Shown: one piece after another, positions 17,815 to 28,447 of the stretch | How positions within the stretch are numbered: the stretch's first letter is position 1 | Layout: every line of letters starts with the position of its first letter | IMG/VR virus record: IMGVR_UViG_3300023174_000068 | Coordinates: 32,001-96,000 of that record | Source: a virus | Strand: one strand, 5' to 3' | DNA length: 64,000 nucleotides | Position numbers and translations under genes: made by a program | The notes under the pieces: generated by a model | What the model was told of the DNA's origin: nothing | The model's database searches: none | Seen by the model: the letters and a program-made list of their open reading frames with translations, nothing else

Positions 17815-20800
17815 TTATCCGTTGATGAATCCACCTGCTTCGATAGCTCCTGTTCTAAGGATTGTTATGTTATTTACGATAATACCCATACCTTTAATCG
17901 GTTCGACATAAGTATCCAGAACTCCGATTTGATTATCTATCAACTCTGCGGTGTTATTCTCTTCATCCATTTTATTGAAGTAGTTGTAAAGACCATTTCT
18001 AGAAACATAAGTTTCACAAATTGTATCAGCTCTCAACTTAATCTCTGCTCTGATATCAGGTGTGTTGAATCTCCATTGGAAATCTAACAACATTCTTGAT
18101 AATTCTCTTTCTAGCTCGATTAACACTTCTCTTACGTGGATGTAAGATAATGCTGATTTTACAAGTGTTTGACCAGTGTTTTCAGTCTCAATTACAAATC
18201 CTCTATTTCTTTTGAACACTAAAGGATTTATTTGTGCTTGATTTAAGAACTCAATATCTTCTAGTGTGAAATCTAACTCAAGTGAGTTAATTCCGGTAAT
18301 TCTACCGTTAGTAACACCAGCAGCTATTGTCCAAGGTGTAACATTTCCTATATTTGAAATGTGTTTTGCCATATATGTTGTAGCAACAAATGGAGCCGAT
18401 GGGTGTTCCAGTGGTCTACCGTTATCATTAATTAACACATAAGGGAAGAAATATCCAACAGAAGTAACCCCTGGTCCCTTCGCAAAGGAGTAGAAAAATG
18501 CAGGACTACTTTCTGGGTCACCACCTTTTGCAACGTATTCCATTTGCAACACACCTTCAGTATTAGTGAAAGCTGGTGAAGAAGAATTTCTAAAATCTCT
18601 AGCCGAAGGCATATTGATAAATCCAAAACAATCAAGTCTTGTTCCACAGATATCAACTAGTGGTTGTTTACTAAATTCAGTTAAACCAAGACCAAAGCAG
18701 TCTATCAGGTATCTGAAGTCAATTGCTTCTTTATTTGTTATAGCCTTAAATAGCGGAGTTCCTTTAGAGATTGTATTCAAAATAGCGGTTTGCCTTTCTT
18801 CTGTCCCATCCGGCATAGAGGCTGTTCTTATTCTAAATCCTTTAAGGGCTATAGTTTTAAGTGTTGTAGCATATTGATCAACTGTTACAAATCTATTTGT
18901 CTGAAGAGCATCTCCTGTAAATCTGGTAAGAATTCTTGAGTCACAAGTAATCTCAGTTAAACTAAGATCCCCTGAGTATCTTCTTTTTGATAAAATTCTT
19001 GTCAATTTTCTTGGATACTGACCAACTGCTAAAGTTGTTGGGTCGTAATATGCTTCCAAGAAATCACCAACTTTAATTTCGGTGTATCTAGCACTATTGA
19101 CTAAAATTTTATTTGGAACCTGTACATAACCAGCAGGTAGCTCACATTCTATAGTTTGTTTATAATTAGATTTTTCTGATTTAATGTAAAAATCATTATT
19201 TGCTTTATGTGCAACATAGCTTGGTGTTTCTAGATCCGACTCTACAAAATCCGTATATAGGTTGTTAGAACCATCTAAATACATTTTCAAATAGTGTCTC
19301 ACCAAATAATCGTTAATTCTCATCTGGTCATTAAGTTCTTCATAAACCACTTCTTCTGAAACTGTATAAGCATAAGACCCGGTTCCGTATCCAAGCGATG
19401 TAGCGATCTGATGAGGCGTATAACCATTGAAATCGTTTACCGGATTTACAATTAGAGTGAACGGTCCTTTGTTCAAAGTAGATCCAGGAAACTGAAGTTG
19501 TTCAAAAGTTTGTAGGTCAATTTCATTGTCCCAGTTTGCAACATCAGAACGGAAAACTATATAGTTGTAACCAGCATATGCTTGTGTTAATCCACCATTT
19601 GGTGCTTCCTCTCCATCTACAAAATAAACGTCTACGCCGTTGTTTAACAGGTTAGTCGCGCTGTAAGTAGCCCCAGAGTATGGTAAGAACATTCTATTAC
19701 TAAAGAAATAATCCCCAGTGTTTACAAGTCCATCTTCAAATTTTTGATGTAGAGTTGAATACTTACCAGAAACACCCACTGAATTAAAATCAGCTATAGT
19801 TGATTTTGATTCAACACCATCAGTTCCTAAGATGATTTCGTTATCTGATGTGTAAACACAGAAGAAACCAGCTAAAATATCACTTAACTGAGCCGATGTT
19901 AATCCTGTTTTGAGTCTAAAAGATTTGTTGAAAAGTGAACTTTGAACAATATTTGAAATAGTAATATTTTCAAAGCTATACTTTTCATAAGTATTAGGGT
20001 TAAGAACCAATGACATTTGGTTTTTATTTGAATTATCAATTAAATTAACCAATCTATTGAACAATTTTATTTTTCTATATTGCTCATAGTTTGAGGTGTC
20101 AGCAACTGCGTTGGTTCCAGGGAATTCAATAACTATTTCATCTCCATATCCAGGTAGCACCTCATAGATGTAATAATCATCTGTTGAGTTAGTTCCAAAA
20201 CTATAATCTTTGAATCCGTTTGTGTCAACGCTAATGTTTTCTACTGTAAAGTTTTGTGGCGCAACAAACGATTGAGAAGCTATGCCAAGGTCTAAATAAC
20301 CTAACACTGTATCTGATGCATTCACTGATGGATTAACATCAGGTGCGTATGTAGCGACGGTTTTGATTTCTCCGGTTGTATCAACAACAAAAGCCACAGA
20401 ATAAGTTGCAATTGAAGTATTGAAAGGATAGTCAGTTGAATTAAGTGTCAATGTAGCTGTCGCTGAGATTGGAACGTATTGATTTCCAACAATCACATAA
20501 GCTCCATTAGGATTAACGTCATAAGTAATACTGATTGAAGTCGTAGCGGTTACGATACTAGGAGTGGCTGAATGTAAAGAAACATTATAAACTGAACTCT
20601 CAGCAAACCATGCTGTTCTTTCTGTGTTCTCTACCACACCAGAAGTTAGTGGTTTGTCACTCAAGGAACCAGACCAGTTATATGCATGATCCGTTTGGTT
20701 ATTAAATGAGTAAGTTCCAAGCATCGCTGTGACATTTCCTGGTAAATCTAATGGTGTAGACTCAATTAGAACGTCTTCGGTGATTGTTTCTCTATAGGAA

Positions 20801-21771
20801 AGGAAGTTGATTTCATTTTTACCACCATCTGATATTGTGTTTCCGATTAGGTCGATTAAACCGTTAGGATAATCTTTTTCAATTAATTCATTATTAAATG
20901 CACAGAACACGCCTGTCTTATCGGTATCTCTATTGATTGTAGTTTCAATAAAAATGTTTCTACCATTTAAGTCTCTAAAATAAGGTATCAAAGATAATCC
21001 CTCATAAAAAGCGAGTGATGTAACATTTCTATCATTTGCAAAATTTCTAACTTGATCCTTTCTCAAACCAGAAGCACTAAAGCAGTTCACCCATCTTGGA
21101 TCAACTGCTAATTCTTGGTAATTTGACCAGTCACCAGCAACAATCAAAACATCAACAAGATAATCAGAAGCAAAATCCAACCCATTAACATATGTTGGTA
21201 GTTTTTCGATTGAACCATACCATTCAAGCAATGTTCTATCAAATCCAGTAACAGTAGATTTGAAAACAAACACAGATACGTATCTATCAGACAAGTTTGT
21301 AATACTAAATGCTCTTTCTGAGTATCCTGTATTATTTTTTGTTAGGTTAATGAAAGATTCTGTGTCTCTTTTCCAGAAACCAGTCGTATCAAAAAATCTT
21401 CTATACGGTCCTTCTCTTTCGATGTCGTTTGAATACGCAGGAGATGAAGAAAGTGATTGATATTCTAACTTATCTAAATTATCATCTGTTAATAACAAGT
21501 TCATTGCAAAAACCGGGGAAGTTTCCAGCATTTTGCTAATGGTTCTGTGAAAGAATGATTTTTTTCTTTCTAAGCCTCTATCTAGTTGACCGAATATTGA
21601 TTCAAGCTCGTTTGAGTTTGTTATTCGTATGGGAGTATTGACAGGTCCCTTTTTGGAAACACCAATTACTAAATTTGTTATTCCCTGAACAGTTGGACTT
21701 GTGATAACCGACTTGTCGAATTCTTCGATAAAGATTCCCGGTCTTTTGTATTTTCCAATTTGAATTGCCAT
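17815..21771 (-). CDS. gp18: Tail sheath protein (gp18-like) with large insertion
   Basis: N-terminal RPGIFIEEFD...SKKGPVNTP; C-terminal PWTIAAGVTNG, INPL, SALSYIHVREVL, NTAELID, EPIKGM. 1318 aa. Confidence 0.92.
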   Translation of the reverse strand: MAIQIGKYKRPGIFIEEFDKSVITSPTVQGITNLVIGVSKKGPVNTPIRITNSNELESIFGQLDRGLERKKSFFHRTISKMLETSPVFAMNLLLTDDNLDKLEYQSLSSSPAYSNDIEREGPYRRFFDTTGFWKRDTESFINLTKNNTGYSERAFSITNLSDRYVSVFVFKSTVTGFDRTLLEWYGSIEKLPTYVNGLDFASDYLVDVLIVAGDWSNYQELAVDPRWVNCFSASGLRKDQVRNFANDRNVTSLAFYEGLSLIPYFRDLNGRNIFIETTINRDTDKTGVFCAFNNELIEKDYPNGLIDLIGNTISDGGKNEINFLSYRETITEDVLIESTPLDLPGNVTAMLGTYSFNNQTDHAYNWSGSLSDKPLTSGVVENTERTAWFAESSVYNVSLHSATPSIVTATTSISITYDVNPNGAYVIVGNQYVPISATATLTLNSTDYPFNTSIATYSVAFVVDTTGEIKTVATYAPDVNPSVNASDTVLGYLDLGIASQSFVAPQNFTVENISVDTNGFKDYSFGTNSTDDYYIYEVLPGYGDEIVIEFPGTNAVADTSNYEQYRKIKLFNRLVNLIDNSNKNQMSLVLNPNTYEKYSFENITISNIVQSSLFNKSFRLKTGLTSAQLSDILAGFFCVYTSDNEIILGTDGVESKSTIADFNSVGVSGKYSTLHQKFEDGLVNTGDYFFSNRMFLPYSGATYSATNLLNNGVDVYFVDGEEAPNGGLTQAYAGYNYIVFRSDVANWDNEIDLQTFEQLQFPGSTLNKGPFTLIVNPVNDFNGYTPHQIATSLGYGTGSYAYTVSEEVVYEELNDQMRINDYLVRHYLKMYLDGSNNLYTDFVESDLETPSYVAHKANNDFYIKSEKSNYKQTIECELPAGYVQVPNKILVNSARYTEIKVGDFLEAYYDPTTLAVGQYPRKLTRILSKRRYSGDLSLTEITCDSRILTRFTGDALQTNRFVTVDQYATTLKTIALKGFRIRTASMPDGTEERQTAILNTISKGTPLFKAITNKEAIDFRYLIDCFGLGLTEFSKQPLVDICGTRLDCFGFINMPSARDFRNSSSPAFTNTEGVLQMEYVAKGGDPESSPAFFYSFAKGPGVTSVGYFFPYVLINDNGRPLEHPSAPFVATTYMAKHISNIGNVTPWTIAAGVTNGRITGINSLELDFTLEDIEFLNQAQINPLVFKRNRGFVIETENTGQTLVKSALSYIHVREVLIELERELSRMLLDFQWRFNTPDIRAEIKLRADTICETYVSRNGLYNYFNKMDEENNTAELIDNQIGVLDTYVEPIKGMGIIVNNITILRTGAIEAGGFING

Positions 21772-21840
21772 AATGATTTGTACTTTATTTTTAAGTATAT
21801 ATAAAAGTCAAAAAATGAATTTTTTTCTATTTTACGTCGG

Positions 21841-22389
21841 CTAAACTTTCTTTTTTAGTTCAGTTAATTCATCTTTGGCCTTTTTCATGAGTTCATCATG
21901 TTCCTTTAAAACTTGTTTTATTTGTTTTTCTTTTTCAGCAAGTGTTACAGTAATAGTAGATTGGTCATCAGAGTTCTGTTTCAATTGCGTTTCAATATTT
22001 TTTAATGAAACTGGTTCGTTCTTATTAAGCTCTTTTCTATCCAACAATTCAGATTTTTTGTTCTTTTTATCTTCTCGCGTTTTAATTAATTCTTTAATTT
22101 CATTTTCTAATCGGCAAATTTTCATCCAATCAACTGCAAATTTATTCCTACCTTCTTTTTCAGGCATCAATTTTTCTATTTCTTGTGAAATTTCTGCATC
22201 GTTTTTTGTTGAACTATAAAGCTGTTCAATTTTAGATTTGAGTGAATTGTAGTCTGATAATTGTTTTTCTAAATCCTTTAGTTCGTCTCTACTCTCTTCC
22301 TTTTCAATCTTTTGGTCAGTCGTTTCTGGTTCTAACTCTTCGTTCAATTGCAGTTGTTTAATAAAATGTTTGAACTTTTTAATTATCAT
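21841..22389 (-). CDS. Coiled-coil protein with capsid-targeting-like leader
   Basis: MIIKKFKHFIKQLQLNEE; Lys/Glu-rich heptads. Confidence 0.7.
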   Translation of the reverse strand: MIIKKFKHFIKQLQLNEELEPETTDQKIEKEESRDELKDLEKQLSDYNSLKSKIEQLYSSTKNDAEISQEIEKLMPEKEGRNKFAVDWMKICRLENEIKELIKTREDKKNKKSELLDRKELNKNEPVSLKNIETQLKQNSDDQSTITVTLAEKEKQIKQVLKEHDELMKKAKDELTELKKKV

Positions 22390-25097
22390 GATAATTTAAT
22401 TACAGGAATGAAGTCTTGTTTTTCGCCAAATTTAGTTGTTGTTAAAGTTGTTATATTTGGCAAAATTGATTTTATACCCTTCACCGACTGGGTGTTTTTA
22501 TCACTATCGAGTGCTTTGAAAAGATACATTTCACCCGCCTTTTCACCCTCTTTAACTAAATAGCTTGGTATTTTAATATCTTTTAATGAAATAATATTTG
22601 TTTGCGGTTTGCCCTCTTGTAGATACACTGAATTTATTTCTATTTTGTTCAACCGACCTCCCGTAAGCTTCACTAAATTATCAGCAGAAATCACAGTCTG
22701 TAAAATTGGATAAGGACCTGAGCCGGTTTTTTCTAGTAAATTCATTGATGTCAAGTCTCCTTTGTCTAATTTCACAGAAGGTTCATATTGTCTTAATATT
22801 CGCTGAAAGTTAAACATTGATTTTGAGACATAAAGGAAGTAGTTTGAAGCCTGTCCACTTGGTATAAAAAAGTATAATATTTCAATCCTTCCCTCATTGT
22901 TTTTTCCAGTTACCGCAAAGATGGTTCCTCTAAACTTCTTTTCTTTGAAGGAATCTGCTAAATTTTTTGCGGATTGGAATTTTAATTTTGATGTTTCTAT
23001 CTTATCAGCCACTGGCCCAATTTCTTCTAAATCAGTTTTACCATCGGCGCCTGTATATGATAACGGTGTGTCGTCTTGATTTCCAGAAAAGAAAGCTTCG
23101 GCAACGACACCAAAGTATTTATTTAAGGTTCTTTTTTGAACACCGCCTTCTTCACCTCTCATACTACCACCTGATTTATAAAGTTCATCACCGTCAAGGA
23201 AGTCAAGCATCATTTGTCGAAGAGCCACCCCGGCTCCTTCTTTTATATTTCCACTACCATCTTCTATCTTTGTTTTAGCAGCAAATATCGGAGCATATTT
23301 AGTATTTGATAAAACATCCATCACCGCGTCTTCCCACATATTAAAAGTTTTGTTATGTCGGTAGGGACCATCTTCGGTTGCTGAAGGCTCCCCTGAGCTG
23401 TAACCAAATGCGGTATACTCTGACCAAGTTGATGCTTTTACTTCCCCCTTAGTGGTCCCCACTGGTATAATTGATGTTGTGTGTAATTTATAAGCTCGGT
23501 TGAATATTCTAACTATTTCAATTATTGGATTCATTCCTCTAATAACTAAGAATTTAGGGTCTTTAACATTTTCCTGGACTTGCGTCTCGATTTTCTTTGC
23601 TTCTTCCTCTGCGACTAAATAGTCATCTATCTCTAAATTTTCTTTGAAATATGTTTTTATTTTTTCAGAAACAGATTCTCCACCCTCTTCATTCCCATCT
23701 GCCTCTTTTATTAGTTTTACAAATCTGTCGTATTTAAATAAAATTGATTCCTGTTTCTTTTCCGGATTAAGTTGTGATGGTTCAACTTTCATTAGCATTT
23801 TAAGACTTTCAACAAAATCTTTAAGAGGTGTAGACAAGTCTCCATAGCTACCATAAAGACCTTTACCATCAAATTGCAGAGCTCTTCTACAAAATCTTGC
23901 TATTTTTTCAGCAACTACAATCTTCTTATTTTTGTCTGATATGATTTCGATACTTTCTTTATATAAGGGATCTGTTGGCGCGTTTAGTGTTGCCTTTTTA
24001 TCACCAACTAAATATCTTAGAATTTCTTTGTAAAGACTCTTTATCACTTTTTTTGATTCGTCATCATTTTTTTTAGACAAAATTTCATTTAAGAAGGTAT
24101 TGGTCACCGCTATTCCTTTTTCTTTTGGATTTTCAAGAATTTGAATTGATGTTCTTAGCTTAGCAAAAGCCTGATTCGCATGGGATTCACCGGAACTTGT
24201 CTGATTTCTCTCTGATTCAAAAATAAAACTTTCTTTTTTTGGTTTCCCAAAATTAAGTTTAAGACCCTTAGGTAAGGTCATCTTTGATATCGGAATTTTT
24301 GTCTGCGCAGCCTTAGTAATAAAGGGTTGTAGTGCTTGTTGGTTTGATTTTATAATCTCATCCAATGTAAGACCAAATTTATTTACCTGCTTATCCAATT
24401 GAAGTTTTTCTATTGTCTCACCACCCTTTAATTCATGCGCGATTGCTTGTTGAGAAGACAATTGACTTGGTACATTAGAAATTTTGACTTTTTTGTAGTT
24501 CAATAAGACTAGAGAAAGTGAGCTTAAATTCTTTATCATAAGCGGATAATATGAACTAAGTGATTTTTCTGAATCACCTTCTTTTGAATCACCTTTTTCA
24601 CCATCTGAATCTTTGAATTGATTAAGAAATTCTAAAAACTTCTTTAGTTTTTCGATTATCTCTTTCTTTTTTTCCTCTGACTCTTTTTCCACGCTCAGAC
24701 TCTCTATCTGAGAGGTAGTGTCGGCGGTCATCTGTTTTAATACATCGACTTTTTCACCGTCTTCAACCGCATTTGCTAAACTTTTTAAAACCTCGGAAAT
24801 TTGAATGTCACTAATCTGAGTTTTCTGTTTTTCAGGCAAATCATAATACGATCCTTCACCTATCAAATTATCAAATTGTTCTTTAAGTGAATTTATAACA
24901 AAAGTCATTTTTGTCATTTTTGCCCCAATGCCAATCTTTCTAACTACCCAATTAACTAATTTACCCAAAAGTGAATCACCCCAAGTAATTTCATTTTTAA
25001 ATGCCTCGTTTAAATGTTGCGTTTTTTTATAAGATTCAAATTGTCTTCTTTCGTGTAAATTTTGTAGATAGTCATCTCTTTTTTTAAGGTATTTCAT
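22386..25097 (-). CDS. Large hypothetical protein, probable internal head protein
   Basis: 903 aa with MKYLKK...QFESY...LNE and an internal FKYDRFVKLIKE. Confidence 0.7.
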   Translation of the reverse strand: MKYLKKRDDYLQNLHERRQFESYKKTQHLNEAFKNEITWGDSLLGKLVNWVVRKIGIGAKMTKMTFVINSLKEQFDNLIGEGSYYDLPEKQKTQISDIQISEVLKSLANAVEDGEKVDVLKQMTADTTSQIESLSVEKESEEKKKEIIEKLKKFLEFLNQFKDSDGEKGDSKEGDSEKSLSSYYPLMIKNLSSLSLVLLNYKKVKISNVPSQLSSQQAIAHELKGGETIEKLQLDKQVNKFGLTLDEIIKSNQQALQPFITKAAQTKIPISKMTLPKGLKLNFGKPKKESFIFESERNQTSSGESHANQAFAKLRTSIQILENPKEKGIAVTNTFLNEILSKKNDDESKKVIKSLYKEILRYLVGDKKATLNAPTDPLYKESIEIISDKNKKIVVAEKIARFCRRALQFDGKGLYGSYGDLSTPLKDFVESLKMLMKVEPSQLNPEKKQESILFKYDRFVKLIKEADGNEEGGESVSEKIKTYFKENLEIDDYLVAEEEAKKIETQVQENVKDPKFLVIRGMNPIIEIVRIFNRAYKLHTTSIIPVGTTKGEVKASTWSEYTAFGYSSGEPSATEDGPYRHNKTFNMWEDAVMDVLSNTKYAPIFAAKTKIEDGSGNIKEGAGVALRQMMLDFLDGDELYKSGGSMRGEEGGVQKRTLNKYFGVVAEAFFSGNQDDTPLSYTGADGKTDLEEIGPVADKIETSKLKFQSAKNLADSFKEKKFRGTIFAVTGKNNEGRIEILYFFIPSGQASNYFLYVSKSMFNFQRILRQYEPSVKLDKGDLTSMNLLEKTGSGPYPILQTVISADNLVKLTGGRLNKIEINSVYLQEGKPQTNIISLKDIKIPSYLVKEGEKAGEMYLFKALDSDKNTQSVKGIKSILPNITTLTTTKFGEKQDFIPVIKLS

Positions 25098-25261
25098 GGT
25101 AAAATATTATAAAATTTTTTTTATATATTAAAAAAAATATAGTTGAATTTTAAATAAAAAAAAATTAATACCAATTTCTAAAAAATTTAAGAAAAATCCA
25201 AAGTTTGTTTTTTTTAATGAATTTTTTTTGTATATATATCGTATAAAATTATTACTATGTA

Positions 25262-25576
25262 ATGGGTATTTCAGAACTGGTCTTTAATAAAAAGGCACTA
25301 AAATCAAAAAAAGATATTTTAGACGTACTCAGAAAACTAGAACTTTATTGGCTTATTGATTCAGAATGTGAAGGAGCATGTATTGAGATTGAAAAGAATA
25401 CAGTTATCTGGCATTCTGGACTATACTTAACCGGCGATTGGAACTTCGGTATTTTCTTAAACGGTGACTTTAGGGGTAACTGGATAAATGGTATCTGGGG
25501 TGATGGTTTATTCGATGATGATATTTATCAGAAAATTGAAATATCAAAAAACGTATTTACGTTAAAAAGAAAATAA
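25262..25576 (+). CDS. Hypothetical protein with short G-x-W/F repeats
   Basis: WHSGLYLTGDWNFGIFLNGDFRGNWINGIW. Confidence 0.65.
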   Translation: MGISELVFNKKALKSKKDILDVLRKLELYWLIDSECEGACIEIEKNTVIWHSGLYLTGDWNFGIFLNGDFRGNWINGIWGDGLFDDDIYQKIEISKNVFTLKRK

Positions 25577-25616
25577 ACATAACCCAATCAACGGTCCAAA
25601 AAATAATTTATTCACT

Positions 25617-26066
25617 ATGAAACGAAAAAAATTATTGACCGATGAATGTCACACGATTCTCTATCAAAATACAAAAACCACTATTAACCAAACAACAGAT
25701 GGTTATGTCTTTGAAATTGGTTCAGAAATAACAAATGACTTAGGTGAAGGCGTTGCGATTTTAATGTTTTATGGAGAATCAGACCAAAAAATCTGGGATT
25801 TAGAGATACAAAACCGAAACAGTGATATCATACCAGCTAAGACGCTATACTGGCTCACCGGTGGTCCAACAGAGTGGAAAACTATGAACAATTATAAAAT
25901 TCCGTGGTGCGAGTGCCATTTGGATTTTCAACAGGAGTTTGGTCTTTTAATATTAAAAATTATCAGAAATTCTAAAAAACTATCCGATATCAAAGAAGGA
26001 TTTACTCAATATACTAATTTACCAATTCTATATGATTGGGCATTAAGTAAAGAAATTATTTACTAA
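25617..26066 (+). CDS. Hypothetical protein
   Basis: 149-aa ORF. Confidence 0.7.
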   Translation: MKRKKLLTDECHTILYQNTKTTINQTTDGYVFEIGSEITNDLGEGVAILMFYGESDQKIWDLEIQNRNSDIIPAKTLYWLTGGPTEWKTMNNYKIPWCECHLDFQQEFGLLILKIIRNSKKLSDIKEGFTQYTNLPILYDWALSKEIIY

Positions 26067-26099
26067 TACTCTAGAAATTTAATTAATATATATTAAATT

Positions 26100-26339
26100 A
26101 TGGAGAATTTATCAACAGTTTGTAGAAATCCTTGGTGTAAAGCTACGTTTTTCTATACAGAAAATGACATGATCGACGAAGGAGAATCAAAAGTCCCGCC
26201 ACAGGTGTGTAAAAAATGTAATAGTTTCAACTCAGAATTGAGTGGTGGCGTTGAATGGATTGATAGAGAATACCCAAAAGATTACCCAAACATGAGATAT
26301 CACCAAATTAAATACAAAGTTACAAACTATAGACAATGA
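26100..26339 (+). CDS. Small Zn-ribbon protein
   Basis: CRNPWC...CKKC. Confidence 0.65.
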   Translation: MENLSTVCRNPWCKATFFYTENDMIDEGESKVPPQVCKKCNSFNSELSGGVEWIDREYPKDYPNMRYHQIKYKVTNYRQ

Positions 26340-27184
26340 ATGCTCTTTTTTTTGATATTGATTCTATAATAAAAGTAGAAAGCAAGGTTTGGGTTGTTTC
26401 AAAAAAATATCCCAATAGACCTTTAATCAAACTTAGCGAATCTGAATTTAATTTGATACAAACTGGAATTTTCAAAACCAAAGGTGTAGAGCTTAACATA
26501 TCAGGCAAGAATCAATGGATTAGCGAAGAGACTTATAATCTAATAAAATCAGCTTGTAAAAAAAACTCGGTTGATATAACTGCACTTGCTTTTTCAATGA
26601 AAGAATTTAATGACCCAGAAATAATTGATAGTTTAGAATATCATATCTTCAAAGAGCACCTAATCGATTGTAAAAATTACACCGGTCATATTTATCTACT
26701 TTGTTCAAAAAATACACTTAGAAACTACGAAAAAATTATACAAAAGGTGAAAAGTTACTTAGAATCAATTGGTGTAGAGTTATTTGGACACTATGCCTTA
26801 TCGGAAACTTTTTTCAATAGAGATGAAGATAAAATAGTGCAATCTAAGAACAAACTTTTGATACAACACTTAGTTGGATACAAAACCGATGATGATAAAT
26901 TTACAGACAATCAAATTCAGCAGTATAAAAACATCACCTATTATGACAGCGACTCCAAATCAATTGATTTTTCAAAAAGTATAAATAATCTACTAAAAAT
27001 TCTTTATGATAATTCAACTGATTCGATTAAAGATGAAATTAAGACCAAAGTTGATAACTCAGAAATAAAATTACTTTCAAACTTTGTAACCTACAATTTA
27101 AGTAACCCCTTTGTAAAGTTTGAGACAAAAATTAGCCTATATAATTTAGTAAAATCTTTTGAGAGTTTTAAGTGGAGAGACTAA
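26336..27184 (+). CDS. Hypothetical protein, degenerate HAD-like
   Basis: FFDIDS at the N-terminus and YYDSD later; ATGA overlap with the upstream gene. Confidence 0.6.
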   Translation: MNALFFDIDSIIKVESKVWVVSKKYPNRPLIKLSESEFNLIQTGIFKTKGVELNISGKNQWISEETYNLIKSACKKNSVDITALAFSMKEFNDPEIIDSLEYHIFKEHLIDCKNYTGHIYLLCSKNTLRNYEKIIQKVKSYLESIGVELFGHYALSETFFNRDEDKIVQSKNKLLIQHLVGYKTDDDKFTDNQIQQYKNITYYDSDSKSIDFSKSINNLLKILYDNSTDSIKDEIKTKVDNSEIKLLSNFVTYNLSNPFVKFETKISLYNLVKSFESFKWRD

Positions 27185-27807
27185 CCCCGTTTATCACTGT
27201 CTTTATTTAACATAGCCTTTTTTATCAACTCATTTAGATCCCTGTTACTTGTTATCACACCATCTTTAACCGACTGACCATCAACATCATCTGTTTTTAT
27301 ATCAGGATTTTCAATTTCGTTATATCCCATATCCTTTCTTAGCGTTTTATAAAACTTTTCCAAATCAGTTCTTTGACCCGAAAGGAATTTAGCATTTTCT
27401 CGTATTTGACCAATAGTTTGATTGACTACCTCGTGCATTCTAGCTGAATTATCACCGTTGTCTATTTGCCTAAGCTGTGATAAGAAGTTTTTTCTAGTCA
27501 TTTTAGTTAAAAATATTGCCTCGGCATAAACCATAGCATCTTCTTTCATTTTGTTTTTAATGTAGGGATGGTCTTTCAATTGTGGTATATCGCTTAGATA
27601 AAGATCTACTAACGACTCTAAAACACCCATTGATTGTTGAGAAGAAGTAGTTAAGTCAGAATCGTAGTCATAGATTTCGATTTCTCCTAAATTAGGAAGG
27701 TCTTCCGGTTTTGCAAGGTGTTTTGAAATATCAAAGTCGGTCCCCTCAGACTGAATCTGTTCGAATTCATCTTGTAATCTATTTCTTTCATTTTCGGACT
27801 TTGACAT
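27181..27807 (-). CDS. Probable terminase small subunit (gp16-like)
   Basis: SARMHEVVNQTI and C-terminal ITSNRDLNELIKK resemble T4-like gp16 motifs. Divergent from terL. Confidence 0.55.
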   Translation of the reverse strand: MSKSENERNRLQDEFEQIQSEGTDFDISKHLAKPEDLPNLGEIEIYDYDSDLTTSSQQSMGVLESLVDLYLSDIPQLKDHPYIKNKMKEDAMVYAEAIFLTKMTRKNFLSQLRQIDNGDNSARMHEVVNQTIGQIRENAKFLSGQRTDLEKFYKTLRKDMGYNEIENPDIKTDDVDGQSVKDGVITSNRDLNELIKKAMLNKDSDKRG

Positions 27808-27848
27808 AAAGGCGGTTTTTTACAATATATATTAAAAATAAAGTCTCC

Positions 27849-28376
27849 GTGATGGCAAAACAAGGTGAAGAATTAGAAAGGCAAATGATATTTACCACCA
27901 ATGTCGTAAATGAATCGACAGATAAGATTAATGATGGTATTGTCATTAAAAGATATCAAAATCCATGGCTAAAAAGTGAAGTGGGTGTAAGAAGAGCGGG
28001 TGTGGCATTTAAGATGACACAAGATGAACAACAGGAGTATATAAATTGCGCTTTGGATATACACTACTTTGTAGAAAAATACTGCAAAGTGAAAAGAGAA
28101 GATGGTTCAATTGGTAACATAAGTCTCAGGGATTATCAAAATGAAATACTTGATAATTTGGTAAATAGTCGATTTAATATAATAATGGCGAGTCGGCAAG
28201 TTGGAAAATGCTTTTCTTTTAACACAATAATATCGATTGAAAAAAATGATATCCAATATGATGTTAGAATAGGAAAGCTCTATTATTCAATGATTTCCAA
28301 AGAAAGAAAGCTTACAATTTTAGAAAAAATTAAGATTAAGTTATATGACTATCTATACAGATTAGAAAATCTCTAA
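27849..28376 (+). CDS. terL: Terminase large subunit, N-terminal fragment fused to IntN
   Basis: CALDIHYFVEKYC, LRDYQ (adenine-binding) and ASRQVGK (Walker A, missing its final T), then CFSFNT and a stop after 55 more residues. Confidence 0.92.
   Translation: MMAKQGEELERQMIFTTNVVNESTDKINDGIVIKRYQNPWLKSEVGVRRAGVAFKMTQDEQQEYINCALDIHYFVEKYCKVKREDGSIGNISLRDYQNEILDNLVNSRFNIIMASRQVGKCFSFNTIISIEKNDIQYDVRIGKLYYSMISKERKLTILEKIKIKLYDYLYRLENL
28209..28373 (+). mobile_element. Split intein, N-fragment (55 aa)
   Basis: Starts with Cys (CFSFNTIISI, block A) immediately after RQVGK and continues VRIGKLY. Block B is absent. Confidence 0.88.
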
Positions 28377-28447
28377 ACAATACTTATTACTATCGGTGAT
28401 AATATTGCGAATAAACAAACGGGTATCTGAATTGAGATGTAATAAGT

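Noticed and set aside
27849-28376. terL pseudogene or sequencing frameshift
   Set aside because: The break is exactly at GK|C and HN|T, and both halves keep all their catalytic motifs.
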